DNA from: Clostridia bacterium
Lineage (GTDB): Bacteria > Bacillota > Clostridia > Christensenellales > UBA1242
DNA: 64,000 nucleotides
NCBI GenBank assembly: GCA_900768545.1
Contig: CAAGDD010000004.1
Location: 17,250-81,249 of the forward strand
Reading direction: 5' to 3'
Shown: piece by piece, positions 1 through 10,169 of the stretch
Layout: each line of letters begins with the position of its first letter
Numbering within the stretch: the stretch's first letter is position 1
Notes under the pieces: model-generated
Told to the model about the DNA's origin: nothing
The model's database searches: none
What the model saw: the letters and a program-made list of their open reading frames with translations, nothing else
Made by a program: the position numbers and the translations under genes

Positions 1-227
1 CGAAAAAGAGCACTCCATTTGCTGCACAAACATGTGTTGAAACAGCAGCAAAGGTTGCACTTGACAGCGGAATGAAATCAGTTGAAGTTTATGTTAAAGG
101 ACCAGGAAATGGCAGAGAAAGCGCTATTCGTTGCCTCTCTACACTTGGCTTCAATGTAACACTTATTAAGGATGTATCTCCAATCGCGCACAACGGTTGC
201 AGACCTCCAAAAAGAAGAAGAGTTTAA
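1..227 (+). CDS. rpsK: 30S ribosomal protein S11, C-terminal part (5' end cut by window edge)
   Basis: Frame from nt 3 reads [45 protein letters not shown]...[10 protein letters not shown], stop TAA 225-227. It is followed by rpsD-rpoA-rplQ. Confidence 0.9.
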   Translation, partial: KKSTPFAAQTCVETAAKVALDSGMKSVEVYVKGPGNGRESAIRCLSTLGFNVTLIKDVSPIAHNGCRPPKRRRV

Positions 228-242
228 AAGGAGAAATAAAAA

Positions 243-863
243 ATGGCAAGAACTATTGAACCTGATTGCCGTCAATGTAGAAGAGAAGGACGTAAACTTT
301 TTCTTAAAGGTGAAAGATGCACAAGCAAAAAGTGTGCTATGGAAAGAAGACCGGTTATCCCTGGACAACATGGTGCTTCAAGAAAAAGAGTAACTGAATA
401 CGGACTCCAACTTCGTGAAAAACAAAAAGTTAAGAGAATGTACGGCATATTAGAAAAACAATTTAGAAAATATTATGAAGATGCTGTTAAAGCGAAAGGC
501 GTTACCGGTGAAAATATGTTGTCTTTGATTGAAAGACGTCTTGACAATGTAATTTATCGTATGGGAATTGGCGCTTCAAGAGCTGAGTGTCGTCAAATTG
601 TAAACCATGGACACATTTGTGTTAATGGAAAAAGAGTAAACATTGCTTCTTACAGAGTTAAAGTTGGCGATGTAATTACCATCAAAGATAACAAGCAAGA
701 ACTTGATATGTTTAAAGACCTCAAGGGTATGAAGATTGTTATGCCTAAATGGTTGGAATTCAATACTGAAAACTTGACAGGAAAAGTTGTTGCTCTTCCT
801 ACAAGAGAAGATATTGATACAGATATCAAGGAACAACTTATTGTTGAGTTGTATTCGAGATAA
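243..863 (+). CDS. rpsD: 30S ribosomal protein S4
   Basis: MARTIEPDCRQCRREGRKLFLKGERC... is the S4 N-terminal zinc-ribbon-like motif, with an S4 RNA-binding domain. A GGAG sits upstream and the operon context fits. Confidence 0.95.
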   Translation: MARTIEPDCRQCRREGRKLFLKGERCTSKKCAMERRPVIPGQHGASRKRVTEYGLQLREKQKVKRMYGILEKQFRKYYEDAVKAKGVTGENMLSLIERRLDNVIYRMGIGASRAECRQIVNHGHICVNGKRVNIASYRVKVGDVITIKDNKQELDMFKDLKGMKIVMPKWLEFNTENLTGKVVALPTREDIDTDIKEQLIVELYSR

Positions 864-881
864 TATAAGGGGGAATGTATT

Positions 882-1835
882 ATGATAGAAATGGAAAAGC
901 CAAGAATCACTTGTGAAGAAACTGATGGCGGAAATTTTGCTAGATTTGTTGTAGAACCACTTGAAAAAGGTTATGGAATCACTCTTGGAAACTGCATGAG
1001 AAGAACTCTTCTTTCATCACTTCCAGGTTCTGCACCAATCGCTTTTAGAATCGCTGGTGTTGCTCACGAATTTTCAACAATCCGTGGGGTTACTGAAGAT
1101 GTTGTTGATATCGTTTTAAACTTGAAAGGTTTGGCTGTTAAATGTACAAACGACGACAGAAACTTTATTACTTATCTTCGTATTAGAAAAAACACTCCTG
1201 GCGAAGTTACTGCAAGAGATTTTGAAGCAAATGACCAAGTTGAAATCTTGAATCCAGATATGCATATTTGCACAATGGACGAAGGAGCGGTTTTTGATCT
1301 TGACCTTATGATCGGAAACGGTCGTGGATACGTTCCTGCAGAAGATAACAAAGCTAAATACGATAATATTGATTTTATCGCTATGGATAGCATTTTCTCT
1401 CCTGTAAAAAGAGTAAACTTCAATGTAGAACCAACTCGTGTTGGTCAAAGCATTGATTTTGACAAATTGACTTTGGAAGTTACCACAAATGGCACAACTT
1501 CAGCAAGAGAAATTGTCAGCCTTGCAGGCAAAATTATCAATGAACATGTAAATTTGTTTATCGAACTTTGTGCTCAAATTGGCGATATGTCAATTTTGGT
1601 TTCAAAAGAAGAAGACAAACAAGTGAAACTTATGGAACTTCCTATCGAAGAAATGGATCTTTCTGTTCGTTCTTACAACTGCTTGAAGAGAGCAGGAATC
1701 AACAATATTCAAGACCTTCTTAAAAAATCTAAGAGCGATATGTTTAAAGTTCGTAATCTTGGAGCTAAGTCGGTTGAAGAAGTTATCCAAAAACTTGAAA
1801 ATTATGGTTTCAATCTTCGCAAAGACGAAGAATAA
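882..1835 (+). CDS. rpoA: DNA-directed RNA polymerase subunit alpha
   Basis: 317 aa. The N-terminal dimerisation domain and the C-terminal domain motif LSVRSYNCLKRAGI are present. Position between rpsD and rplQ fits. Confidence 0.95.
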   Translation: MIEMEKPRITCEETDGGNFARFVVEPLEKGYGITLGNCMRRTLLSSLPGSAPIAFRIAGVAHEFSTIRGVTEDVVDIVLNLKGLAVKCTNDDRNFITYLRIRKNTPGEVTARDFEANDQVEILNPDMHICTMDEGAVFDLDLMIGNGRGYVPAEDNKAKYDNIDFIAMDSIFSPVKRVNFNVEPTRVGQSIDFDKLTLEVTTNGTTSAREIVSLAGKIINEHVNLFIELCAQIGDMSILVSKEEDKQVKLMELPIEEMDLSVRSYNCLKRAGINNIQDLLKKSKSDMFKVRNLGAKSVEEVIQKLENYGFNLRKDEE

Positions 1836-1893
1836 AACATAATTCGTTAATTTTAAAAAATAATCGGGCACTTGCCCAAAAAGGAGCAAATAT

Positions 1894-2403
1894 ATGGCTA
1901 ACGAAAAATTAGGCAGACCTTCAAAAGAAAGAGATGCAATGCTTCGCGGACTTGTTTCAAGCCTTCTTTGGAACGGCAAAGTTGAAACAACTTTGGCAAA
2001 AGCGAAGTCAACAGCTAGACAAGCAGAAAAGATTCTTACTCTCGCTATCAACTCTTATGAAGACACTTTGAAAGTTGAAAAAGAAGTTAAAGGCGCTGAC
2101 GGAAAGAAAGTTAAGACCACAGTTTTGAATGATGGTCCAAAAAAACTTGCTGCCAGAAAAGCAATTATGGCTTATGTTTATGATTTGCAAGAACAAAGAA
2201 AGCCAAAAGAATCAATCACAGCTTACAAAGCGCGCGTTGAAGGTATCAATCACCCTATCGTAGAAAAGATTTTCAATGTATATGCACCAAAATATGCTGA
2301 ACGCGCTAAACAAGTAGGTCAAGGCGGCGGATATACAAGAATTTCAAAATTGGGACTTCGTCGTGGTGACGCATCTCAAATGGCTATCGTTGAATTGATT
2401 TAA
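1894..2403 (+). CDS. rplQ: 50S ribosomal protein L17 (long form, about 50 aa internal insertion)
   Basis: N-terminus KLGRPSKERDAMLRGLV and C-terminus GGGYTRISKLGLRRGDASQMAIVELI are typical of L17. Its 169 aa compare with about 120 in Bacillus. Confidence 0.9.
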   Translation: MANEKLGRPSKERDAMLRGLVSSLLWNGKVETTLAKAKSTARQAEKILTLAINSYEDTLKVEKEVKGADGKKVKTTVLNDGPKKLAARKAIMAYVYDLQEQRKPKESITAYKARVEGINHPIVEKIFNVYAPKYAERAKQVGQGGGYTRISKLGLRRGDASQMAIVELI

Positions 2404-2437
2404 GTTTATCTTTATTAAAAAAATTCTCTATTTTTGT

Positions 2438-2465
2438 AGGGGATTTTTTTATTTTTCCCCTTTTG
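2438..2465 (+). terminator. Weak intrinsic terminator after rplQ
   Basis: AGGGGA / TCCCCT stem with a U-rich loop, followed by TTTT. Confidence 0.35.
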
Positions 2466-2497
2466 TCACAATTATTTGAGTTTACATAAATAAAAAT

Positions 2498-3346
2498 ATG
2501 ATTGAAAAAAAAGAAAATATAAATCTGGCGCAATATTCAACAATGAAAACTGGCGGCATAGGCAAAATTGTGTATTTCCCAAAAACTCATTTGGAAGTTT
2601 TGCAGATTTTGAAGTCTTATGGCGAAGAGAATTGCTTTGTTTTGGGAAATGGCAGCAATGTGCTTTTCCCAGATAAAAACTTTAATAAAATTTTGATTTC
2701 GTTAAAACATTTTAACAAATTTAAAGTTTGTGATAGTGTTGTGATTGTCGGCGCGGGACAAAATTTGTTTAAATTAAACAATCTTTTGTGTCAAAACAAA
2801 TTGAGTGGACTTGAATGGAGTTTTGGCATTCCTGGAACGATCGGCGGACTTGTCTATATGAATGGCGGCAGTTTCGGCAGTGAAATTTGCCAATATGTCA
2901 AAGAAATTTTGGTGGTTGAAGACCAAAAACTTAAATGCATTAAACGTGAAGATATAAATTTTGAATATCGAAGTTCAAATTTAAAAAAAGCCATAATTTT
3001 GCAAATTAAACTTTGTTTGACAAAGTCTAACAAAGAAACGATATTGAAAAATATGACAAATTTTTATAATATCAAAAAAGAAAAACAACCCTGTGATCTT
3101 CCGTCACTTGGGAGTGTTTTTAAAATCAATTTTGACAAAGAAATTGTTTATCCCGCAAAATTGATTGACAATTTGGGGCTCAAAGGTGTTAAAATAGGGG
3201 GAGCAGAGATTTCTCAAAAGCACGCAGGTTTTATTGTCAACTCAAACCACGCGACAAGCAAAGATGTTTTGGATCTTGTCGAGTTAGTCGAGCAAAAAGC
3301 AAAAGAAAATGGCGTGACTTTAAAAAGGGAAATTATCGTTTTGTAG
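2498..3346 (+). CDS. murB: UDP-N-acetylenolpyruvoylglucosamine reductase
   Basis: 282 aa. LAQYSTMKTGG near the N-terminus and the FAD-binding/MurB C-terminal pattern (GGAEISQKHAGFIVN) are present. Confidence 0.85.
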   Translation: MIEKKENINLAQYSTMKTGGIGKIVYFPKTHLEVLQILKSYGEENCFVLGNGSNVLFPDKNFNKILISLKHFNKFKVCDSVVIVGAGQNLFKLNNLLCQNKLSGLEWSFGIPGTIGGLVYMNGGSFGSEICQYVKEILVVEDQKLKCIKREDINFEYRSSNLKKAIILQIKLCLTKSNKETILKNMTNFYNIKKEKQPCDLPSLGSVFKINFDKEIVYPAKLIDNLGLKGVKIGGAEISQKHAGFIVNSNHATSKDVLDLVELVEQKAKENGVTLKREIIVL

Positions 3347-3353
3347 GAGTATT

Positions 3354-3794
3354 ATGAAAGCAGTAATTCAAGTGGTTAAATCGGCAGAGTTGTCGGTCGA
3401 AAACAAACTTATTTCAAAAATTGGACAAGGTCTTGTTGTGTTCTTTTGTGTAGAAAAAGATGATAATGAAGAAAAAGTCGCATTTTTTTCAAAAAAAATC
3501 GCAAATTTGCGCCTTTTTTCTGATAAAAATGGAAAAACTAATCTTTCAGTGCAAGATGTTGGCGGCGAAATTTTGTGTGTTTCACAATTCACTTTGGCGG
3601 GTGATTGTCAGCACGGAAATCGTCCAAGCTTTTCTTCTGCCGAAGAGCCAGTGCGCGCAAACAAACTTTATGAAATGTTGTGTGAAGATGTGAAAAACAC
3701 TTATTCTCTTCCAGTCAAAAAAGGTGTTTTTGGCGCTGAAATGATAATTTCGCAAGTCAATGATGGACCTTTTACTGTTCTTTTGCAAAAATAA
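3354..3794 (+). CDS. dtd: D-aminoacyl-tRNA deacylase
   Basis: 146 aa with MKAVIQVV..., SQFTL and NGPFTV motifs characteristic of Dtd. Confidence 0.85.
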   Translation: MKAVIQVVKSAELSVENKLISKIGQGLVVFFCVEKDDNEEKVAFFSKKIANLRLFSDKNGKTNLSVQDVGGEILCVSQFTLAGDCQHGNRPSFSSAEEPVRANKLYEMLCEDVKNTYSLPVKKGVFGAEMIISQVNDGPFTVLLQK

Positions 3795-3868
3795 AAATTT
3801 ATTTTAAAAGTTGTGTTTGCACTTGTAAAATTTGATTAAAACTGCTAAAATATACACAAGGAGTTTTT

Positions 3869-4633
3869 ATGCTTTTATACGGAGATTATCATACACATAC
3901 GATATATTCGCGACATAACCATGGCAAAGGCACTGTTCTTGAAAATGCTTCTGTCGCCGCGGATAAAGGTTTGAAGCAAATTGCTATCACAGACCATGGC
4001 TTCAATCATGAGTTTTACGGCATTAAACGAAAAAACATTCCTCAACTTCAAGAGGATATCTTAAACGCAAAAGAAATCACCGGCGTTGATATTTTGCTGG
4101 GGGTTGAGTCAAATATTATTTCTCTTGACGGCGATATCGACATCAAAGAAGAAGATTATGACTTTTTGGATATTTTGCTTATGGGCTATCATCGAATGGT
4201 TCACACAAAAACTTTCAAAGACAAAATTTTGCTTAACTGGGCAAACGCTTTTGACAAGGCTTTTCGTCCTAGCAAAGAACGCATAAATCGAAACACAACC
4301 GCTTTTTTGAAAACTTTGGACAAATATCCAATTGATGTTATCACACATCTTAATTATGGTTTTCAAACTGACACAATTGCGATTGCAAAAATGGCAAAAC
4401 AAAAGGGTGTCTATATCGAACTTAACGGCAAGCGCATAAACTTCACTGAAGAAGAAATTGAAATTATGACTGCCGAAGGAGTGAAATTTATTGTTGATAG
4501 TGACGCACACAGACCAGAAAAGGTCGGCGAAGTCAACAACGGGATGAACATTATTTACAAATACAACATTCCACTTTCGCAAGTGGCAAACATTGACAAA
4601 TTGCCAAAATTTCACAAGAAAAGAGGGATTTAA
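3869..4633 (+). CDS. PHP-domain metal-dependent phosphoesterase
   Basis: GDYHTHTIYS and ITDHG motifs (PHP His clusters), plus DSDAH near the C-terminus. Confidence 0.7.
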   Translation: MLLYGDYHTHTIYSRHNHGKGTVLENASVAADKGLKQIAITDHGFNHEFYGIKRKNIPQLQEDILNAKEITGVDILLGVESNIISLDGDIDIKEEDYDFLDILLMGYHRMVHTKTFKDKILLNWANAFDKAFRPSKERINRNTTAFLKTLDKYPIDVITHLNYGFQTDTIAIAKMAKQKGVYIELNGKRINFTEEEIEIMTAEGVKFIVDSDAHRPEKVGEVNNGMNIIYKYNIPLSQVANIDKLPKFHKKRGI

Positions 4634-5598
4634 TGAGTTTTTCAAGAGCATCAAAACAAGAAATATTGCAAGCAGAAATTGAGGACGACAGCTGTGCTCT
4701 TTCTTTTTTGTCGGGCCTGATTCATTCTTGTGGCGAAATTTCAAAGAAAAACAACAAAATTTCTATCAAAATCATTTCTGATGTTGAAGAACTTTTTTCT
4801 TATGTCGAAAAGATTGTTAAAAAACTTTATGGCGATGAAGTTGAACCAGAACTTTCTGAAAATTACAACATAAACAAAAACGCTTTTTATGAAATTTCTT
4901 TTGATATTGAAAAATTTAGACAACTTTTGCTTGATGTTGGCGTGATTGATTTTAATGAAGACGGCTTGTCTTTCAATTTTGATATTGACAAAAATTTGTT
5001 GTATGAAGATGACCAACGCCGCGCTTTTATCAAGGGAGCGTATATTGGTGCTAGCACTTCAAGCATCAAACTTTCTGCTGACAAGGCTCAAAGTTGTGGT
5101 TCGGGCTATCACATGGAATTTGTTTCATCTCGCCACCAATTTTTGATTGATTTGTCAAGCATTTTGGCTGAATACAACATTATTGGAAAAATTTTTGAGC
5201 GCCGAAACGCCTACGTCTTTTACATAAAAGATGTAAACACAATTCAAGATATGCTTGCTCTTGTTGGGGCAAACAAGGCGGTCATGGACTTGTCAAACGA
5301 GATTATCACGAGAGAACTTCGAAACAAGGTCAATCGTCAAGTGAATTGTATTAACGCAAACATAAACAAAACTGTTGAAGCCAGCTTAAAACAAGTTGCT
5401 GCGATCAACACGATCATAAACACAGTCGGGCTTGAAAGCTTGCCGGAAGATTTGCAAGAAGTGGCAGTTTTGCGCCTTGCAAATCAAGAAGAAAGTCTTG
5501 ACGAACTTTTAAAACTCTCGACTATCAAACTTACTCGCTCGGGACTTAATCATAGATTTAGAAAACTTATAAAAATTGCAAACACTTTGGAGGAATAA
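4633..5598 (+). CDS. whiA: DNA-binding protein WhiA
   Basis: 321 aa with a degenerate LAGLIDADG-like core (FLSGLIHSCGEI, FIKGAYIGASTSS) and a C-terminal HTH (LTRSGLNHRFRKL). Its start overlaps the upstream stop. Confidence 0.85.
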   Translation: MSFSRASKQEILQAEIEDDSCALSFLSGLIHSCGEISKKNNKISIKIISDVEELFSYVEKIVKKLYGDEVEPELSENYNINKNAFYEISFDIEKFRQLLLDVGVIDFNEDGLSFNFDIDKNLLYEDDQRRAFIKGAYIGASTSSIKLSADKAQSCGSGYHMEFVSSRHQFLIDLSSILAEYNIIGKIFERRNAYVFYIKDVNTIQDMLALVGANKAVMDLSNEIITRELRNKVNRQVNCINANINKTVEASLKQVAAINTIINTVGLESLPEDLQEVAVLRLANQEESLDELLKLSTIKLTRSGLNHRFRKLIKIANTLEE

Positions 5599-8500
5599 TG
5601 GGAGAATTTGTTCATTTGCATGTGCATACCGAATATTCACTTTTGGACGGAATTGCTAGAATAAAAAAACTTGTAGAAATTGAAAAAGAGCGTGGTTCGC
5701 GTGCAGTGGCAATCACTGACCATGGAAACATGTATGGAACTTTGCAATTTTATGAAGAATGTATCAAAGCGGGCATCAAGCCAATTTTGGGCTGCGAATT
5801 TTATATCTGCCATGATCACAACAAAAAGCAAGGAAAAGATGACATAGGTCATATTATTTTGCTCGCAAAAAACGATGTTGGATATCACAATCTTTTAAAA
5901 TTAAACGAAATTGCTTTCTGTGAAGGTTTTTATTACAAACCAAGAATCGATTATGAAGTGCTTGCACAGCATTGTGAAGGTGTTATTTGTCTTTCTGCGT
6001 GCCTTGCTGGACATATTCCAACACTTATCTTGCAAAGACGCTATGACGAGGCAGAAGCCTTAATTTTGCGCCTTAACGAGATGTTTAGAAAAGAAGATTT
6101 TTATCTTGAAATTCAAAATCACGGCATTCCAGAGCAAAAAATCGTAAATCAGTTTTTAGCTCAAATGTCAAAAAAACACAATATCAAAATGGTTGCAACA
6201 AACGACGCGCATTATCTTTATAAAGAAGACGCTGAAATGCAAGACGTTTTGATGTGCGTTCAAATGGGAAAGTTTCTTGACGACCCAGACAGAATGAAAT
6301 TTTCGACAAACGAGTTTTATATCAAAACTTATGACGAAATGAAAGAGGCGATGGCGGGCTATGAAGAAGCGCTTGATACCACACTCGAAATCGCCGACAA
6401 GTGCGATGTAACTATCAAAACAAAATCTTTGGGCGAAATTGCCACTGTTGACGGGAAATACAAACTTCCACCATCAAAAAACTATATTCCAGTTTACAAA
6501 ACAATCACGGGCGAAGAACCTTATGACTTTTTAAGAAGAATCTCTTTTGAAGGACTCCATAAAAAATATAAAGTTGTCACTCAAGAACTTTTGGATCGTC
6601 TTGAAATGGAACTTGAAGTCATCAAAAGCCAAGGCTTTGTCGAATATTTCTTGATCGTATGGGATTATATCAATTACGCCACCGAAGTCGGCATTCCTGT
6701 CGGCCCGGGTCGTGGAAGCGGTGCGGGGAGTTTGGTCGCTTATTGCTCTGGGATCACAAAAGTTGATCCTATGAAGTATAATTTGTTCTTTGAAAGATTT
6801 ATCAATAAAGAAAGAGTTTCGATGCCCGACTTCGACGTCGATTTTTGTATGGATCGTCGTGGAGAAGTTATCGAATATGTAAAACGCCGTTATGGTGCTG
6901 ACCACGTTGCAAGAATTGTAACTTTCGGGTTTATGCAAGCCAAAAACGCGATTCGAGATGTTGCCAGAGTTTTGAAAGTGCCAAACGCAGACGTCGTTAA
7001 ACTTACAAAACTTATTCCAAACAAAGTGCCAGACGAACTTAAAAAACCACCAGTTTTGAAATATTATTTCGGCACAACAGGAAAGCCTGAAAACGAAAAA
7101 TTTATCATTCCAGAACTTCGCGAACTTTATGAAAATGACGATATGATTAGAAAGATCGCTGACATGGCGATCAAACTTGAATGCGTGCCAAGAAACGTAT
7201 CTCAACACGCGTGTGGTGTTTTGATTGCACCAGAACCTGTTGTTGACTTCGTTCCAGTAGCGAGTGTCGATGGTGAGCGTGTAACTCAATATAATATGAT
7301 CGAACTTGAACACATGGGGCTTTTGAAAATGGACTTCTTGGGACTTCGAACCTTGACTGATATTAAAAAAGCCTGCGATTATATTTTGGAAAATCATGGC
7401 GTAAAAATCGACTTTTACAATATGGAATATGATGATCAAAATGTTTATGATCTCATTTCACGCGGCGAAACTGACGCGGTGTTCCAACTTGAAAGTGCAG
7501 GAATGAAAAAGTTTATGAAGGACTTAAAGCCTTCTTGTCTTGACGACATTGTCGCTGGAGTTTCGCTTTATCGTCCGGGTCCTATGGACTTTATTCCAAC
7601 TTTCGTTAAAAACAAACAAGACCCTTCTCAAGTCGTTTATGATGACCCATGTCTAGAACCTATTTTGGACGTTACCTATGGCTGTATCGTTTATCAAGAA
7701 CAAGTTATGAAGATCGTTCAAGTTATGGGCGGATATAGTTTGGGACAAGCCGACAATATTCGTCGTATCATGGGCAAAAAACAAGTCGATAAGATTGAAA
7801 AAGAAAAAGAAAAGTTTGTAAATGGCTGGGAAGATCCAACTGGTCGTGCGAGCATTCCTGGGGCTGTTAAACTTGGTCACAAGAAAGAAATCGCTGAAAA
7901 AATCTTCAATCAAATGAAGGAATTTGCAAAATACGCCTTCAACAAATCGCACGCAGCAGCATATTCTTATGTAACATATCAAACCGCTTATTTGAAGTGT
8001 TATTATGAAACCGAGTTTATCACCGCGATCTTAAACAATCGTATTACAAACGCCGATGATATCAAAAAATATGTGTCGTTTGCCACAGGTGAAGGCATTA
8101 ATGTTTTGCCACCAGATGTAAACAAAAGTTTCTCTGAATTTCATGTTGAAGGAAAGAGCATTCGTTTCGGTCTTGGCGGCTTGAAACATGTCGGCACAGC
8201 AGTTACTGACAACATTGTTAAAGAAAGACAAGAAAACGGCGAATTTAAGTCGTTTGAAGACTTTATTTCAAGAGCAGTAAATATCGGCGTGCAAAAGAAG
8301 GCGATAGAGTGTCTTATTTTGAGCGGTGCGTTTGATGATTTTGGAAAAACTCGTTCTCAATATATGGCTGTTTATGAAAAAGTTTTCGAAAGAGCTGCAA
8401 AAGAGAAAAAGAGCAGCCAACTTGGTCAATATTCGTTCTTTGGCGATATGCAAGTTGAAGATACAGTTGATTATCCAGATATTAAAGAGTTTAACAAAAA

Positions 8501-9194
8501 AACAAAACTCAAATATGAACGCGAAATCATTGGCGTTTATATGTCGGGACACCCTTTGCAAGATTATGTGAAAAAATTTGATCATTACAATTTGTCGTCG
8601 GATATGCTCACAGCGTTCAAACCTTCAAACGAAGAAGAAGAGAATATTGACGAATATAATGTTGAAGATTCGACCGAATCATCTCTTCAAGACGGACAAA
8701 ATTTTGTCTGCGGAGGAATTATCACCGAAGTGAACAAAAAGCGTAACAAAAACGGAAAAGATATTTGTTATGTCAAACTTGAAGACTTGAAAGGCGTTTT
8801 GGAAGTAACATTTTTCAGCAATGCTTATGGCCGTAATCGTGACCTTTTGGTCGAAGACAATTTGGTGACAATCAAAGGTCGAATTAGCGTTCGTGACGGA
8901 ATGGGCGCGTCAGCTGTCGGCGAAAACGTTTTTTTGTGGAAAGAAGATGACGAAGAAGACGGCGCAAAGCCAAAGCCAAAAGAAAGATTGTGTTTGAGAT
9001 TCGACACGAAAAATCCAGATGTGTATAGCAAGGTTAAAAATTCGATTGCTTCATATCCGGGCGAAACACAAGTTATTATCAAGTGCACAAGTTCAAACAA
9101 AAGTTTTGTTTATCAACAACAAGTTCGAATCAACAATTATTTGTTAAACGAATTGAGCGGAATTATTGGAAATGAAAACATTGTTGTTCAATAA
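5598..9194 (+). CDS. dnaE: DNA polymerase III subunit alpha (DnaE type)
   Basis: 1198 aa. N-terminal PHP domain (FVHLHVHTEYSLLDG), palm motif PDFDVDF, and an OB fold near the C-terminus. Confidence 0.95.
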   Translation: MGEFVHLHVHTEYSLLDGIARIKKLVEIEKERGSRAVAITDHGNMYGTLQFYEECIKAGIKPILGCEFYICHDHNKKQGKDDIGHIILLAKNDVGYHNLLKLNEIAFCEGFYYKPRIDYEVLAQHCEGVICLSACLAGHIPTLILQRRYDEAEALILRLNEMFRKEDFYLEIQNHGIPEQKIVNQFLAQMSKKHNIKMVATNDAHYLYKEDAEMQDVLMCVQMGKFLDDPDRMKFSTNEFYIKTYDEMKEAMAGYEEALDTTLEIADKCDVTIKTKSLGEIATVDGKYKLPPSKNYIPVYKTITGEEPYDFLRRISFEGLHKKYKVVTQELLDRLEMELEVIKSQGFVEYFLIVWDYINYATEVGIPVGPGRGSGAGSLVAYCSGITKVDPMKYNLFFERFINKERVSMPDFDVDFCMDRRGEVIEYVKRRYGADHVARIVTFGFMQAKNAIRDVARVLKVPNADVVKLTKLIPNKVPDELKKPPVLKYYFGTTGKPENEKFIIPELRELYENDDMIRKIADMAIKLECVPRNVSQHACGVLIAPEPVVDFVPVASVDGERVTQYNMIELEHMGLLKMDFLGLRTLTDIKKACDYILENHGVKIDFYNMEYDDQNVYDLISRGETDAVFQLESAGMKKFMKDLKPSCLDDIVAGVSLYRPGPMDFIPTFVKNKQDPSQVVYDDPCLEPILDVTYGCIVYQEQVMKIVQVMGGYSLGQADNIRRIMGKKQVDKIEKEKEKFVNGWEDPTGRASIPGAVKLGHKKEIAEKIFNQMKEFAKYAFNKSHAAAYSYVTYQTAYLKCYYETEFITAILNNRITNADDIKKYVSFATGEGINVLPPDVNKSFSEFHVEGKSIRFGLGGLKHVGTAVTDNIVKERQENGEFKSFEDFISRAVNIGVQKKAIECLILSGAFDDFGKTRSQYMAVYEKVFERAAKEKKSSQLGQYSFFGDMQVEDTVDYPDIKEFNKKTKLKYEREIIGVYMSGHPLQDYVKKFDHYNLSSDMLTAFKPSNEEEENIDEYNVEDSTESSLQDGQNFVCGGIITEVNKKRNKNGKDICYVKLEDLKGVLEVTFFSNAYGRNRDLLVEDNLVTIKGRISVRDGMGASAVGENVFLWKEDDEEDGAKPKPKERLCLRFDTKNPDVYSKVKNSIASYPGETQVIIKCTSSNKSFVYQQQVRINNYLLNELSGIIGNENIVVQ

Positions 9195-9204
9195 AGGAGA
9201 AAAT

Positions 9205-10098
9205 ATGAAAGTTTTGGTTTTATCTAGCGGCGGCGACGCCCCAGGAATGAACAAGTTTGTTTGTCAACTTTATAAATCATTTAAGAGCGACCTTTATTTT
9301 GCTTATGCGGGCTTTTCGGGCTTGATTGACGGGCAGATATTTGCATTTAAAGATGTTTATTCAAAAGATATTGAAGACAAGGCGGGCAGTGTAATTCACT
9401 CGTCGCGTTGCCCAGAATTTAAACAAAAAAAATATTTTGCCAAAGCACTTGAAAACGCAAAACAATTTGATGTTGTCGTTATCATGGGCGGAAATGGCTC
9501 GGAACGCGGCGCAAATGAATTGTTTGAAAATGGCGTCAACACGATTTTTGTTCCGGGAACAATTGACAACGATGTTGATGACAGTTTTTATAGCATCGGC
9601 TTTTCGACTGCGGTCAAAGAAGGTGTTTATGCAATCGAAAACACAATGCCAAGCATTGAAACAATGGGCAATGTGTGCTTGTTTGAAGTTATGGGCAGAG
9701 AGTGTGACAAAATCGCACTTGTAGTGGCAAAACAAACAAATGCTGATTATGTTATAAATAACAAAAAGTCACTTGATTTTGACAAGATTGAAAAAATCAT
9801 TTTGGCAAAAAATTTGAAAAATGAAAGTGCTTGCATTGTCGTTAGAGAAAACATTATGCCAGTCGATGAGATAGCAAAAAAGATAAATGAAGATCTCAAT
9901 TTAAACATTGCAAAATATCATATCGTTGGCAGAACTCAACGCGGCGGAAAGCCGACAAGTGAAGAACTTTTAATGGCAAAAAGATTTGCAGATTTGACAG
10001 CAAAATGTATAAAAGAAAACCACTTTGGCGTGAGAATTTTGGCTGATGAAAATAAAAATGTTTTTTCAAAAAGTTTTAAAAACAAAAAACAAAATTAA
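9205..10098 (+). CDS. pfkA: ATP-dependent 6-phosphofructokinase
   Basis: MKVLVLSSGGDAPGMN and PGTIDND motifs. The ATG at 9205 is preceded by AAGGAGA. The dnaE-pfkA order is as in Bacillus. Confidence 0.85.
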   Translation: MKVLVLSSGGDAPGMNKFVCQLYKSFKSDLYFAYAGFSGLIDGQIFAFKDVYSKDIEDKAGSVIHSSRCPEFKQKKYFAKALENAKQFDVVVIMGGNGSERGANELFENGVNTIFVPGTIDNDVDDSFYSIGFSTAVKEGVYAIENTMPSIETMGNVCLFEVMGRECDKIALVVAKQTNADYVINNKKSLDFDKIEKIILAKNLKNESACIVVRENIMPVDEIAKKINEDLNLNIAKYHIVGRTQRGGKPTSEELLMAKRFADLTAKCIKENHFGVRILADENKNVFSKSFKNKKQN

Positions 10099-10111
10099 AT
10101 AAAAAATCTAA

Positions 10112-10147
10112 AAAACAGCAAAAAAATCAAAAATTTTGCTGTTTTTT
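10112..10147. terminator. Bidirectional intrinsic terminator between convergent genes
   Basis: AAAAAACAGCAAAA ... TTTTGCTGTTTTTT hairpin flanked by A and T runs. Confidence 0.7.
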
Positions 10148-10169
10148 ATTAAAAAATGATGTTTTTTAT

